Positions 44,386 through 53,481 of a DNA stretch of 64,000 nt are shown here, piece after piece; within the stretch, counting starts at the first letter, position 1; the number at the start of each line of letters is the position of its first letter. Both the position numbers and the translations under genes were made by a program. Under the pieces are notes generated by a model. That model searched no databases. It was not told the DNA's origin and worked only from the letters and a program-made list of their open reading frames with translations. Origin of the DNA: an uncultured Verrucomicrobiae bacterium (GTDB lineage: Bacteria > Verrucomicrobiota > Verrucomicrobiia > Chthoniobacterales > JAFAMB01); the NCBI GenBank assembly GCA_963813025.1, contig CAWEXO010000014.1, positions 1-64,000 on the forward strand. The letters run 5' to 3'.

Positions 44386-45511
44386 TACTTAGTTGCTTTA
44401 GTTCTTTATATTTATGAAAAATTATGATTTGTTGGATGGATGGCAACGGGTCGCATCAAACTTTCTGTGGAAAACCGCAAGCTCTTGGAGGGTTGGAGTC
44501 GAGCGCAACGGGTCGAACACCGGCTCAAGGTCAGGAGTCAGATTATCTTGAAGGCGGCAGCGGGCTTGAGTGGACGTGCGATTGCCAAGAGCCTGCGCAT
44601 TCCCGAGGTGACGGTGAGTAAATGGCGGCGGCGCTTTGTGCGCCAAGGCCTGGCTGGCTTGGAAGACGCGCCACGCAGTGGAAAGCCGGCCAAGTATGAT
44701 CAAATGACGGTCAAGCGGGTCTTGGCGCTGCTGGATGAAGATCCACCGGCGGGCTACGGGCGCTGGAATGGGCGACTGCTGGCGCAGAGTCTGGCCGATG
44801 TTTCCTCCGATCAAGTCTGGCGCATTTTGCGCCAACAAGGCATTGAATTGGAACGGCGCCGCAGCTGGTGCATTTCCACCGATCCGGAGTTTGTGCGCAA
44901 GGCCGCTGACATTGTCGGTCTTTATCTCAATCCGCCCCAGAATGCGCTCATCTTGGCCATTGATGAAAAACCAGCCATTCAAGCCCTGGAAAGAGCCCAA
45001 GGTTGGATTCGCTTGCCCAATGGCAGGGCGCTGACGGGTTTTAGCCACGAGTACAAGCGCCATGGCACCTCCACTCTCTTTGCCGCCCTCAACATTGCCA
45101 GCGGCCAAGTGCAGGCTGGTCATTACCGGCGCCAGCGCCGACGGGAATTCCTGGAGTTTATGAACCAGGTAGTTGCCGGAAATCTCGACAAAGAAATTCA
45201 TGTGGTCTTAGACAACCTTGCGACCCATAAGCCAAAGCAAGATCGCTGGTTGAAGGCTCACCCCAATGTGCATTTTCATTTCACTCCAACCCACGCTTCT
45301 TGGCTCAACCAGATTGAGATCTGGTTTAGTATCTTGAGCCGCCAAGCCCTCCAGGGGGCAAACTTCACCAGCGTGGCAGAGCTGCGCAACGCCATCGACA
45401 CCTTCATCAAGAACTACAATAACAATGCGGCTCCCTTCGAATGGACCAAATCCCAGGTACATCAGGGGAAAGTCGCCATACATATAACTAACTTACGCAA
45501 TTAGGCACTAG
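44382..45511 (+). mobile_element. IS630-family element
   Basis: TIRs CTAGTACTTAGTTGC / GCAATTAGGCACTAG around the transposase. Confidence 0.9.
44440..45504 (+). CDS. IS630-family transposase
   Basis: HTH, DEKPAIQA, YKRHGT, DNLATH, SWLNQIE. Confidence 0.95.
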   Translation: MATGRIKLSVENRKLLEGWSRAQRVEHRLKVRSQIILKAAAGLSGRAIAKSLRIPEVTVSKWRRRFVRQGLAGLEDAPRSGKPAKYDQMTVKRVLALLDEDPPAGYGRWNGRLLAQSLADVSSDQVWRILRQQGIELERRRSWCISTDPEFVRKAADIVGLYLNPPQNALILAIDEKPAIQALERAQGWIRLPNGRALTGFSHEYKRHGTSTLFAALNIASGQVQAGHYRRQRRREFLEFMNQVVAGNLDKEIHVVLDNLATHKPKQDRWLKAHPNVHFHFTPTHASWLNQIEIWFSILSRQALQGANFTSVAELRNAIDTFIKNYNNNAAPFEWTKSQVHQGKVAIHITNLRN

Positions 45512-47389
45512 CCCTTAAGGAAGCGTGATTTAACCGCATGAGGGGACAAAAAAGCTCGAAATGTGCTTCGATGCTTGGTTTGCTGGGAAGTGCAAAGCTA
45601 ACCAGACCAAGGAAGAAAGGCATTTCGAGTGAGTAGAAGTTATCCGAAGATCCTGCGTAATCGCAAGCGCCGAATCGAACGTCGTTTGGATCCTGAGCGG
45701 CGATGGAGTGAACAGCCGACACCGATGCTGAGTGCCAGCAACATCCATTTTGAGATGGCTGAACGTAACCGGGCGGTAAACTACGGCGGTATTGGCGCGA
45801 TCCATCTAATGGGGCAGCGGCTAGGATTAGCCGAGGAGATCGATGGGCGGGTGCAGCTTCTCAAGCGGCATTTGCCCTATCACGAAAGCGATCATGTGTT
45901 GAACCTGGCCTACAATGCACTGTTGGATGGCCAACGGCTGGAAGATATCGAGTTGCGGCGCAACGATGAAGCTTTCCTGGAGGGTCTGGGCGCCCAACGT
46001 ATCCCTGATCCGACTACCAGCGGAGATTTTACCCGGCGCTTTGACCAAGGCTCGATTCTGGATTTGCTGGAAGCCATCAACACGACTCGGCAGCGGGTGT
46101 GGAAAAAGCAGCCTCGGGCTTTTCTTGCCCAAGCCTTTCTTGATATCGATGGCACAATGGCTCCGACTTTAGGGGAGTGCAAAGGCGGGGTAGGGCTTTC
46201 CTACAAAGGGATCTGGGGTTATGCGCCCTTGATTGTCTCGTTGGCAAACACCCGAGAAGTGCTTTATCTGGTTAATCGGCCGGGCAACGTCGTCAGCCAT
46301 GAAGGATGTGTGCCATGGATTGAGCGGGCCATCGAGTTGGTGCGCCCCCATGCCGGTGAGATCACGCTGCGCGGGGACAGCGATTTTACGCTCAGCGCCG
46401 AGTTAGATCGCTGGGATAGCCAAGGGATCAAATTTCTCTTTGGCATGGATGCTCATCAGAAAGTAGTGCAACTGGCCGAAGCCTTGCCGGAAGCAGGCTG
46501 GCAGCCGCTGGAACGCTTGGCTCGCTATGAAATTGCCACTGAGCCGCGACGTAAGCCCCTTCGGGTCAAGGAGGCAATTGTGCGGTTTAAGGGGTACTTG
46601 AACAAAAAGTTGGTGGGCGAAAGCGTGGCCGAGTTTAATTATCAGCCACTCAAATGCGGACGCAGCTATCGGCTGGTGGTGGTGCGCAAAAACATCAGCC
46701 TCCAGAAAGGGGAAACGGTGCTCTTGGAAGAGATTAGATACTTCTTCTATCTCACCAACCACACCAATTATCGGGCCCAAGAGATCGTGGCGCTGGCCAA
46801 CCAGCGTTGTGACCAGGAGAATGTGATCGAGCAACTCAAAAATGGGGTTAACGCCATGCGCATGCCGGTAGACGATCTCCTCAGTAATTGGGCTTACATG
46901 GTCATCAGTGCCCTGGCCTGGAATCTCAAATCCTGGTATGGACTGCTTATGCCCAATCGGCAAAGGGGGCTGGAGCTAGTCCAGATGGAGTTCCGGCGCT
47001 TCCTGCATGCCATTGTGTTGTTGCCGGCACAGATCGTGCGCAGCGGTCGGAGGATCATTTATCGGATCATGGGTTACAACAGTTGGCTAAAAGACTTCTT
47101 CGCTGCCTGGGAAAATCTTCGGCGGATGGCACCTGCCTGAAGCAGGCCTATTGACGATACTCTAGGCGGAACGCTCAAATTTCCAAGGCAGAGCTATGCC
47201 CTGGCGAGGCATGTATCGGCGCCCAAAATCGCACTAACTCCAAAAACTTTCATTGTTTTGGCCTGAGAAAAGCAAACCTGGGCCTTCGGTCGCCAGAACC
47301 AACCGGATTTGCACCATTTTCTAAGAATTTGCCTGGCCGAACGGGAAGTTCGTCGCGTCGCATTCGGAACTCGCTTATTTTGAGACTAG
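45508..47389 (+). mobile_element. IS1380-family element flanked by CTAG direct repeats
   Basis: Imperfect TIRs (AAGCG core) with CTAG at 45508 and 47386. Confidence 0.75.
45629..47140 (+). CDS. IS1380-family transposase
   Basis: IPDPTT, LDIDGT, GYAPL, RPGN, LRGDSDF, RCDQENVIEQLK. Confidence 0.9.
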   Translation: MSRSYPKILRNRKRRIERRLDPERRWSEQPTPMLSASNIHFEMAERNRAVNYGGIGAIHLMGQRLGLAEEIDGRVQLLKRHLPYHESDHVLNLAYNALLDGQRLEDIELRRNDEAFLEGLGAQRIPDPTTSGDFTRRFDQGSILDLLEAINTTRQRVWKKQPRAFLAQAFLDIDGTMAPTLGECKGGVGLSYKGIWGYAPLIVSLANTREVLYLVNRPGNVVSHEGCVPWIERAIELVRPHAGEITLRGDSDFTLSAELDRWDSQGIKFLFGMDAHQKVVQLAEALPEAGWQPLERLARYEIATEPRRKPLRVKEAIVRFKGYLNKKLVGESVAEFNYQPLKCGRSYRLVVVRKNISLQKGETVLLEEIRYFFYLTNHTNYRAQEIVALANQRCDQENVIEQLKNGVNAMRMPVDDLLSNWAYMVISALAWNLKSWYGLLMPNRQRGLELVQMEFRRFLHAIVLLPAQIVRSGRRIIYRIMGYNSWLKDFFAAWENLRRMAPA

Positions 47390-47508
47390 AACTAGACGAG
47401 CGTCGAGTTCCGAGTTTTTGCCGGCAGATTCTCGGGCACCGCGGTTTTGAGAACAATTAGCGCGCATTGGCAGACGAATCGGCCTGAACGGCCGAAAAGG
47501 AGGATCAA

Positions 47509-48198
47509 GTGTCAAATGGAACCTTGTGGAAACAATTTCCGGCTGGGCGGCTTCTTGCCGACGTATCTTTGTGGTCAGCGAATCTCGGTCGACTCGCTGA
47601 GGAGATCTTACGAATGGAGGATTATGCGGACATGTTTCATATCGACGTGGCAGACTCCCAGTTCACGCCGGGACTGCTTTTTTTCCCAGACCTGGTTGCA
47701 GCTCTTCGTCCTCTGACTACGAAGCCCTTTCACGTACATCTCATGGTTGCCGATCCGAGTGCTTTGGCTCCGGAATTTGTCAGAGCCGGCGCAGACCTCG
47801 TTAGCGTTCACGTCGAAATTGGCTCGTCAGTGGAATCCGCCTTAGCACAACTTCATGATCTCGGTGTGCACGCCGGCATCGCGATTCAACTGGAGACGCC
47901 GGTTGAGGTGATAGTACCTTTCCTCGAACAAGTCGATTTGGTCCTTGTGATGGGCACCCCCATAGGTATCAAGGGCTGTTCGCTTGACAAAAGAGTTCCG
48001 GGAAAGATCTCCGCGCTCAAACGCTTATTAAGTCAATGCGGACGAGCCGCGGACACTAGACTATCGGCAGACGGAGGCATCCGGATAGAGACGGTCCCGG
48101 ACTTGCGGGTTGCCGGAGTGGACGTGATCACCCCAGGTTCCCTGTTCTTCGGAAGCCCCGATATCCGCCATACGGTCGAATGGCTTTATGGACTATAG
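47509..48198 (+). CDS. Ribulose-phosphate 3-epimerase family protein (AlsE-like)
   Basis: FHIDVAD, HVHLMV, SVHVE, ADGGI. Confidence 0.88.
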   Translation: MSNGTLWKQFPAGRLLADVSLWSANLGRLAEEILRMEDYADMFHIDVADSQFTPGLLFFPDLVAALRPLTTKPFHVHLMVADPSALAPEFVRAGADLVSVHVEIGSSVESALAQLHDLGVHAGIAIQLETPVEVIVPFLEQVDLVLVMGTPIGIKGCSLDKRVPGKISALKRLLSQCGRAADTRLSADGGIRIETVPDLRVAGVDVITPGSLFFGSPDIRHTVEWLYGL

Positions 48199-48222
48199 CG
48201 CGAGCAAAGCGAAGACACGTTT

Positions 48223-48750
48223 ATGTTGGTAGCGATGGCCGGATTACCAGGTACGGGAAAAACAACAGTAGCTAAACGACTTCAGGCCGAAACAGGCGGT
48301 GTGCTTTTGTCGAAGGATGAAATCCGAGCTGCATTGTTCCCAGCGGAATTTGTCGATTACACCCGCGCTCAAGATGATCTCTGCGTAGATATTATCCTGC
48401 GAGTTGCGGCATATATCCTGGCCTCGAAGAAGGATGGGATCGTTATCGTGGACGGCCGCACCTTTTCCAGAAGCGGTGATATAAAGGCGCTATTTGAGGC
48501 GGCTGAGCAGATCGGTACGCCATTGAGAATTATCGAATGTGTGTGTGCTGAGGCAACCGCTCTAGAAAGAATTGACCAGGCGTCCGGAAAACATCCAGCC
48601 GCAAACCGTGATCGGGATCTGTATAAGTCTCTCAAAGATTCAGCTGAGGAAATCTCAGCCCCAAAATGGGTCGTTGACACTGGCCGGCAATCACCTGAGG
48701 AGGCTATGCGCGGCGTTTTAGGCTATTTGGGGATCCGATCGTTCAATTGA
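48223..48750 (+). CDS. P-loop small-molecule kinase (AAA_33-like)
   Basis: GLPGTGKT, IVDGRTF. Confidence 0.82.
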   Translation: MLVAMAGLPGTGKTTVAKRLQAETGGVLLSKDEIRAALFPAEFVDYTRAQDDLCVDIILRVAAYILASKKDGIVIVDGRTFSRSGDIKALFEAAEQIGTPLRIIECVCAEATALERIDQASGKHPAANRDRDLYKSLKDSAEEISAPKWVVDTGRQSPEEAMRGVLGYLGIRSFN

Positions 48751-48754
48751 GCCC

Positions 48755-49462
48755 GTGAAATCGGTCGCACACGTGATGCCCGAGCACCTCCGAGGATACC
48801 GCAGGAGGACTAATTCGAATTCCGCTGTCGTACTCGATATGGGCGGAACGAAGGTGCGGTGTTTGGGGATAAAGAAAGGAACGGTGATCAAAAAAGTGCG
48901 AATTGTCTCAACCCAAATGCTTCGCGAGCGCGACGCAGTGTCACGGCTTGCAGAGATAATCACTGCCTACGCGAGAGAAGCACAATTAGAGAAATTCGAC
49001 GTAGTCGCCGGTTTGCCGGCGAGCTTGGATCGAAAGCATGACCAGATTCTGAAGATTAACAATGTTCCCAATCTTGCTGGCGTGCGGCTGCGTACGGAGC
49101 TGGCGCGGTATTTTGGCGGACGAATTATCCTCGAGCATGACATCATGCTTCAGTTGATGGGAGAGCTGTACGCTGGCGCAGCGGTTGGTTTCGGTCGCGT
49201 TTTCGGAGTGTATTTCGGTACGGGAATAGGCGCAGGTTGTCTTCTTCAGGGACAGCCGTTCCGCCGGGCAGCTACCGGACTTGAAATCGGTCACATTCCA
49301 GTGCGATGCGAAGGCAAGCTTTGCGTTTGTGGCAGGGAGGATTGCTTCGAAGCCTACGCAGGAGGCAAAGTACTCCTCGATTGGGCAGAAACCTTCGCTC
49401 GATTGTGCGCCACAGATTACCTGAAGTCCGATACGCCCAAGATGTCCGGTGTCACGGCGTGA
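48755..49462 (+). pseudogene. ROK-family sugar kinase (allose kinase-like), C-terminally truncated
   Basis: DMGGT, GTGIGAG, EIGH, CVCGREDCFE; homology ends near 49395 where a repeat begins. Confidence 0.8.
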
Positions 49463-49808
49463 AAGTGGCACAGGCCTGTCAGGGTCTGTCGGACTTTGGA
49501 AATCTGTAATAGGCCACCAAGGGATTGGTCACGCGAGCGCTAGAGATCGTCTCAGAATGCCGCACTATCCTGCGCCGGTAGGGCGAAAATTTATTTGAGC
49601 CGGACGCTTGGGTGAGCCACCCGCTCCAGATGGCTCCGCCTTCGCCAAGGCTATGGCGGACACGTCAAAACAAGTTCTCGCTAAGGCTCAAATAAATTTT
49701 CGCCCTACCGGCGCAGGAGCAAAGACGCCTCGGGACATCCCTCGAATCTCCCTTCCGAACCATAGCTCGATTGCGCGCGCCACAGATTACCCAAAGTCCG
49801 ACACGCCC
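49397..49808. repeat. Compound repeat region: ~42-nt direct repeat, inverted arm, and a perfect 34-bp inverted repeat
   Basis: 49397-49438 similar to 49765-49808; inverted arm 49482-49507; 49568-49601 equals reverse complement of 49685-49718. Confidence 0.85.
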
Positions 49809-50086
49809 TTCCAGCCTGTCAGTGGAGTCTGCGCGGATGCTTTGGTTTCGGCTACGCCGCGCTGTAATCTTGGCCACCTGTTGTTCAAAATCTTCGATTT
49901 CCGATGTGGTTGCTGCCGCGCTGTGGCCCTTTCGGTTAGCCGATGCACAAGTGGCGCGGCCAGTCCAAGCGAGGAGCCCGATATAGTGCTAAGATCACCT
50001 GTCCGCATTTTCGAACACAGACCAGTCGGAGGAAAAATGAGGCAGGAAGAAGTCAAGGATGCGTCATTTGCTAAGCCACGCCGTCT

Positions 50087-51865
50087 ATGAGTTGCCTTGA
50101 CCAGGTAGTGTCCGCGGTTCGGTCCTACCGGGACAACGTCGCTGAGCAGGTTGTCAGGGCCCGGAGCGACCCGGAATTCGCAGCTGAAATAAACCGGCGC
50201 TGGGCGGAAGCCAAGTCTCGGGTGCACGAGTCGGTGACTCCAACTGGTCTTCGGCTGCCCAGCCGCGCATTGCCCGATCTGGACGAGCCCGGCGAGATTG
50301 CGCGCTATCTGAGCAGAGAAGGCCTGCCCGGTGAGTTCCCGTTTCTGGCCGCCGCCTACCCGGAGCAGTATCTCGAGCCGGTGTCGAGCGGATCGGAAAA
50401 CGGTGTCCCCGCCCGGACATCCGGGGAGGAGCCGACCCGCCTTTTCGCCGGGCTCGGCCTGGCGGAAGATACCAACGAACGGTTTCATTATCTTTCGCGG
50501 AATCAACGCAGCAAACGGTTAAGCACGGCGTTTGACGGGCCAACTTTGTATGGCGTCGGCTCTGGCGCGGACGGAGTTTTCGGAAAAATCGGCGAGGGCG
50601 GTGTGGCAATCGACACCGTGGAGGATATGGAACGGCTGTATGCCGGGTTCGAACTGAACCAGCCGAATGTTTCTGTTTCGATGACCATCTCGGGACCGGC
50701 GCCAATTATCCTGGCAATGTATATCGCCGCGGCCAAGCGCCGTTTCGGCCAGGATGTTGAGCGCAATCTGCGCGGGACTATCCAGGCAGATGTGCTGAAG
50801 GAAGTCCAGGCCCAGAACGAGTTAATCTTCCCGATCGAGCCCTCCCTGCGATTCCTGGCCGATATGGTCCAATATTGCGCTACCCGGATGCCGCGTTTTT
50901 ACCCCATTTCCATCAGCGGATATCATATCGCGGAGGCGGGCGCCACGCCCGTCCAGCAGGCGGCCTACACCCTGTCGAACGGATTTGCTTACGTGGAATT
51001 TTTTCGGAATCGCGGGATGGAGATAAATGTCTTCGGCCCGCGTCTTTCCTTTTTCCTCGATTGCGGCTTGGACGTGGAATACGTCGCGCTCGCCCGAGTC
51101 TGCCGAAAGATCTGGGCGATTGGTATGCGCGACGTCTTCCGGGCTGACCGGCGGGCGCAGATCTTGAAGCTCCATACGCAAACGAGCGGACGATCGCTGA
51201 TTGCGGCTGATTGGAAAAACAATCTGACGCGAACCGCGATCGAGCTGGTTCTGGCTTATCTGAACGCGACGAACTCCTGCCATAGCAACTCCGCGGACGA
51301 ACCCTTTACTACTCCCAGTGAGGAATATGCGCGCTACGCCGCGCACGCCCAGGGAATTTTGTTGGAAGAGAGTGGATTGTTCAAACATATGATGGGAACG
51401 CTGGCTGGTTCGCCCGGTATGCGGATAGTCGGTGATGCCGTCGAGGATGCCATTCTGGAGGAGTTCGCTCAAATCGAACAGCAGGGCGGAGTCATCGGAG
51501 CTGTCGAAAGGCGGTATCAACGAAGTCAGATTCAGGCGGCCGGGCACCTACTGGAACAGCAGATCAACGATGGCCGTCGACCGGTAGTCGGTTTGAACCG
51601 TTACGCGGATGACGGCGCGCATTGGCCGGATCTCCAGATGGTTCGGACCAGTAAGGAGAGTAAGCAGCGTCAGCTCAATCGCCTGCATGATTTTGAGCGC
51701 CGCCATGCCGGGCACTCAGGCCGCGCGTTGGACCAGCTATCCGCAGTGGTCGAACACGGCGGCAATGTTTTTACCGAGCTCATCGAGACCGTCGAGCATT
51801 GCTCATTGGGCCAAATAACCGAACGCCTAAGTGAAACTGTGGGAAAATTCCGGCCCATGATCTAG
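50087..51865 (+). CDS. Acyl-CoA mutase large (substrate-binding) subunit, IcmF-like, lacking B12-binding and MeaB domains
   Basis: PGEFPF, PTRLFAG, RLSTAFD, RGTIQAD.LKE, ISISGYHIAEAGA, QTSGRSL, CSLGQI. Confidence 0.88.
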   Translation: MSCLDQVVSAVRSYRDNVAEQVVRARSDPEFAAEINRRWAEAKSRVHESVTPTGLRLPSRALPDLDEPGEIARYLSREGLPGEFPFLAAAYPEQYLEPVSSGSENGVPARTSGEEPTRLFAGLGLAEDTNERFHYLSRNQRSKRLSTAFDGPTLYGVGSGADGVFGKIGEGGVAIDTVEDMERLYAGFELNQPNVSVSMTISGPAPIILAMYIAAAKRRFGQDVERNLRGTIQADVLKEVQAQNELIFPIEPSLRFLADMVQYCATRMPRFYPISISGYHIAEAGATPVQQAAYTLSNGFAYVEFFRNRGMEINVFGPRLSFFLDCGLDVEYVALARVCRKIWAIGMRDVFRADRRAQILKLHTQTSGRSLIAADWKNNLTRTAIELVLAYLNATNSCHSNSADEPFTTPSEEYARYAAHAQGILLEESGLFKHMMGTLAGSPGMRIVGDAVEDAILEEFAQIEQQGGVIGAVERRYQRSQIQAAGHLLEQQINDGRRPVVGLNRYADDGAHWPDLQMVRTSKESKQRQLNRLHDFERRHAGHSGRALDQLSAVVEHGGNVFTELIETVEHCSLGQITERLSETVGKFRPMI

Positions 51866-52145
51866 TGCACCGTCTCATATATATACCGATGATGTCGTTG
51901 CGTTCAAAATGGGCCGTCGGCTAGGCGCGAGGAGGGGGGGCATATCTGAAGCGATACGTGACCGAGGAGCAACGCCGCCGCCGGCCCGTTTTCAACGCAA
52001 CCCTTTGGGCCGCGGCCAGTTGGCTGTTTTTCGGCGTTGCTCGCTCGATCCGTATGAATCCAGATATGAACGCTTCGCTCGCGCCTTGAAAAACAGCCAA
52101 CTGACCTGCGGCGACATCATCGTTATATATGAGACGGTGCACTAG
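51862..52145 (-). mobile_element. MITE copy 2 (inverted relative to copy 1)
   Basis: TIRs CTAGTGCACCGTCTCATATATA at both ends. Confidence 0.88.
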
Positions 52146-53206
52146 TGCGGCGTAGCGTTTAAACCTGATACGGGATTGATACGACGCTCTGCTGATCGGT
52201 AGGTCCACTTAAAGGGTTTGGCCTTCATGTTATAGCGTCGGATATAGGTCATGAGTTTTTTAGCCAAGTCTTTGACCGAACGGAAGATTCCGCGGGCGAT
52301 GACGTCGCGTTGGATCTTGGAAAACCAGATCTCGACTTGGTTAAGCCATGAAGAATAGGTCGGTGTAAAATGGATCCGCACGTGGCGATGACGATCGATA
52401 AACTGCCAGACTCTGGAGGTGCGATGTGCCGAGAGATTATCTGCGATAATGTGGATCTGCTGGCCCTCGGGAAAGCTGGCGACGATCTGTTCAAGAAAAG
52501 CAACAAACTCGGCACTGGTGTGACGAGGCACAGTTTGGCCCAGCACCTGGCCGGTTTTGGTGTTGAGCGCTGCGTAGAGCGAAAGCGTGCCGTGACGGTA
52601 GTACTCAAAACCGTGCCGCTCGGCTCTTCCGGGCGAGAGCGGCAACACTGGATCGAGCCGGTCCAGCGCTTGGATGGCGCTCTTTTCGTCGACGCAGAAA
52701 ACTGCGGCATTGACCGGAGGCTTCAGATACAAACCAATGATATCAGCAGCCTTGGTTTCAAAATCCGGGTCGTCGCTGGCCATGTAGCGGCGCAGGCGGT
52801 GCGGCTGCAGTCCGGCTTTGGCCAGAACACGGGCGACTCGGGTATGGTTGGTGCCAAGTTCGGCCGCCAACTTCCGAGTACTCCAGTGCGTCGAGCCATC
52901 CGTGGGTTTATGTCGGGCCGCGGCCAAAATCTGAGCTTCGAGCTTGGCGCTCTGTTGGCTGGCTACCTTGCCACGATGACGACTGAAAAGACCTGCCAAA
53001 CGTTCCTCCATAAAGCGCTTCAGCCAAAGTCGCACGGTGTTGATGCTGCATCCCAGTTGCCGACTTACCGCCCATTGCGATCTGCCGCTAGCAATCAAGA
53101 GGACAATCTTGGCTCGCTGCGCCTCCTCTGCTCGCCCGCTACGGGATCGGACCCGCTGCCTAAGTCGTCGACGTTCTGGCGGAGAAAGAACCAATCGTTT
53201 TAACAC
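52142..53206 (-). CDS. IS630-family transposase
   Basis: THWSTRKLA, DEKSAIQA, YYRHGT, DNLSAH, SWLNQVE. Confidence 0.95.
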   Translation of the reverse strand: MLKRLVLSPPERRRLRQRVRSRSGRAEEAQRAKIVLLIASGRSQWAVSRQLGCSINTVRLWLKRFMEERLAGLFSRHRGKVASQQSAKLEAQILAAARHKPTDGSTHWSTRKLAAELGTNHTRVARVLAKAGLQPHRLRRYMASDDPDFETKAADIIGLYLKPPVNAAVFCVDEKSAIQALDRLDPVLPLSPGRAERHGFEYYRHGTLSLYAALNTKTGQVLGQTVPRHTSAEFVAFLEQIVASFPEGQQIHIIADNLSAHRTSRVWQFIDRHRHVRIHFTPTYSSWLNQVEIWFSKIQRDVIARGIFRSVKDLAKKLMTYIRRYNMKAKPFKWTYRSAERRINPVSGLNATPH

Positions 53207-53258
53207 TCCTTTTTGCTAGCAGATCATCATATCAGAAGTCAATGCTACAATGCACTAG
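52142..53258 (-). mobile_element. IS630-family element (distinct from the first)
   Basis: TIRs CTAGTGCGGCGTAGCG / TGCTACAATGCACTAG. Confidence 0.9.
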
Positions 53259-53305
53259 CCTGCACATCGCTCACAAATCTTAGAGATTTGTGAGCGATGC
53301 AGGCT
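53257..53305. repeat. Near-perfect palindrome abutting the IS630 end
   Basis: CATCGCTCACAAATCT-TAG-AGATTTGTGAGCGATG extended by AGCCTGCA/TGCAGGCT. Confidence 0.85.
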
Positions 53306-53481
53306 CTGGCGAAATTCGACGGCTACGCCGGAGAATTCTGCTGTACGTTTTGGTTCTAACATAGAACTCCACATGCAGCTACGCCTCGGATCCTGGGCTT
53401 CCGTGTCCCGTAGATAATACGAATCAAATTCTGAGATCGGTTTTCCTGAGCACGAGGAGGCTTGTCACAAAAGGGACCGAA

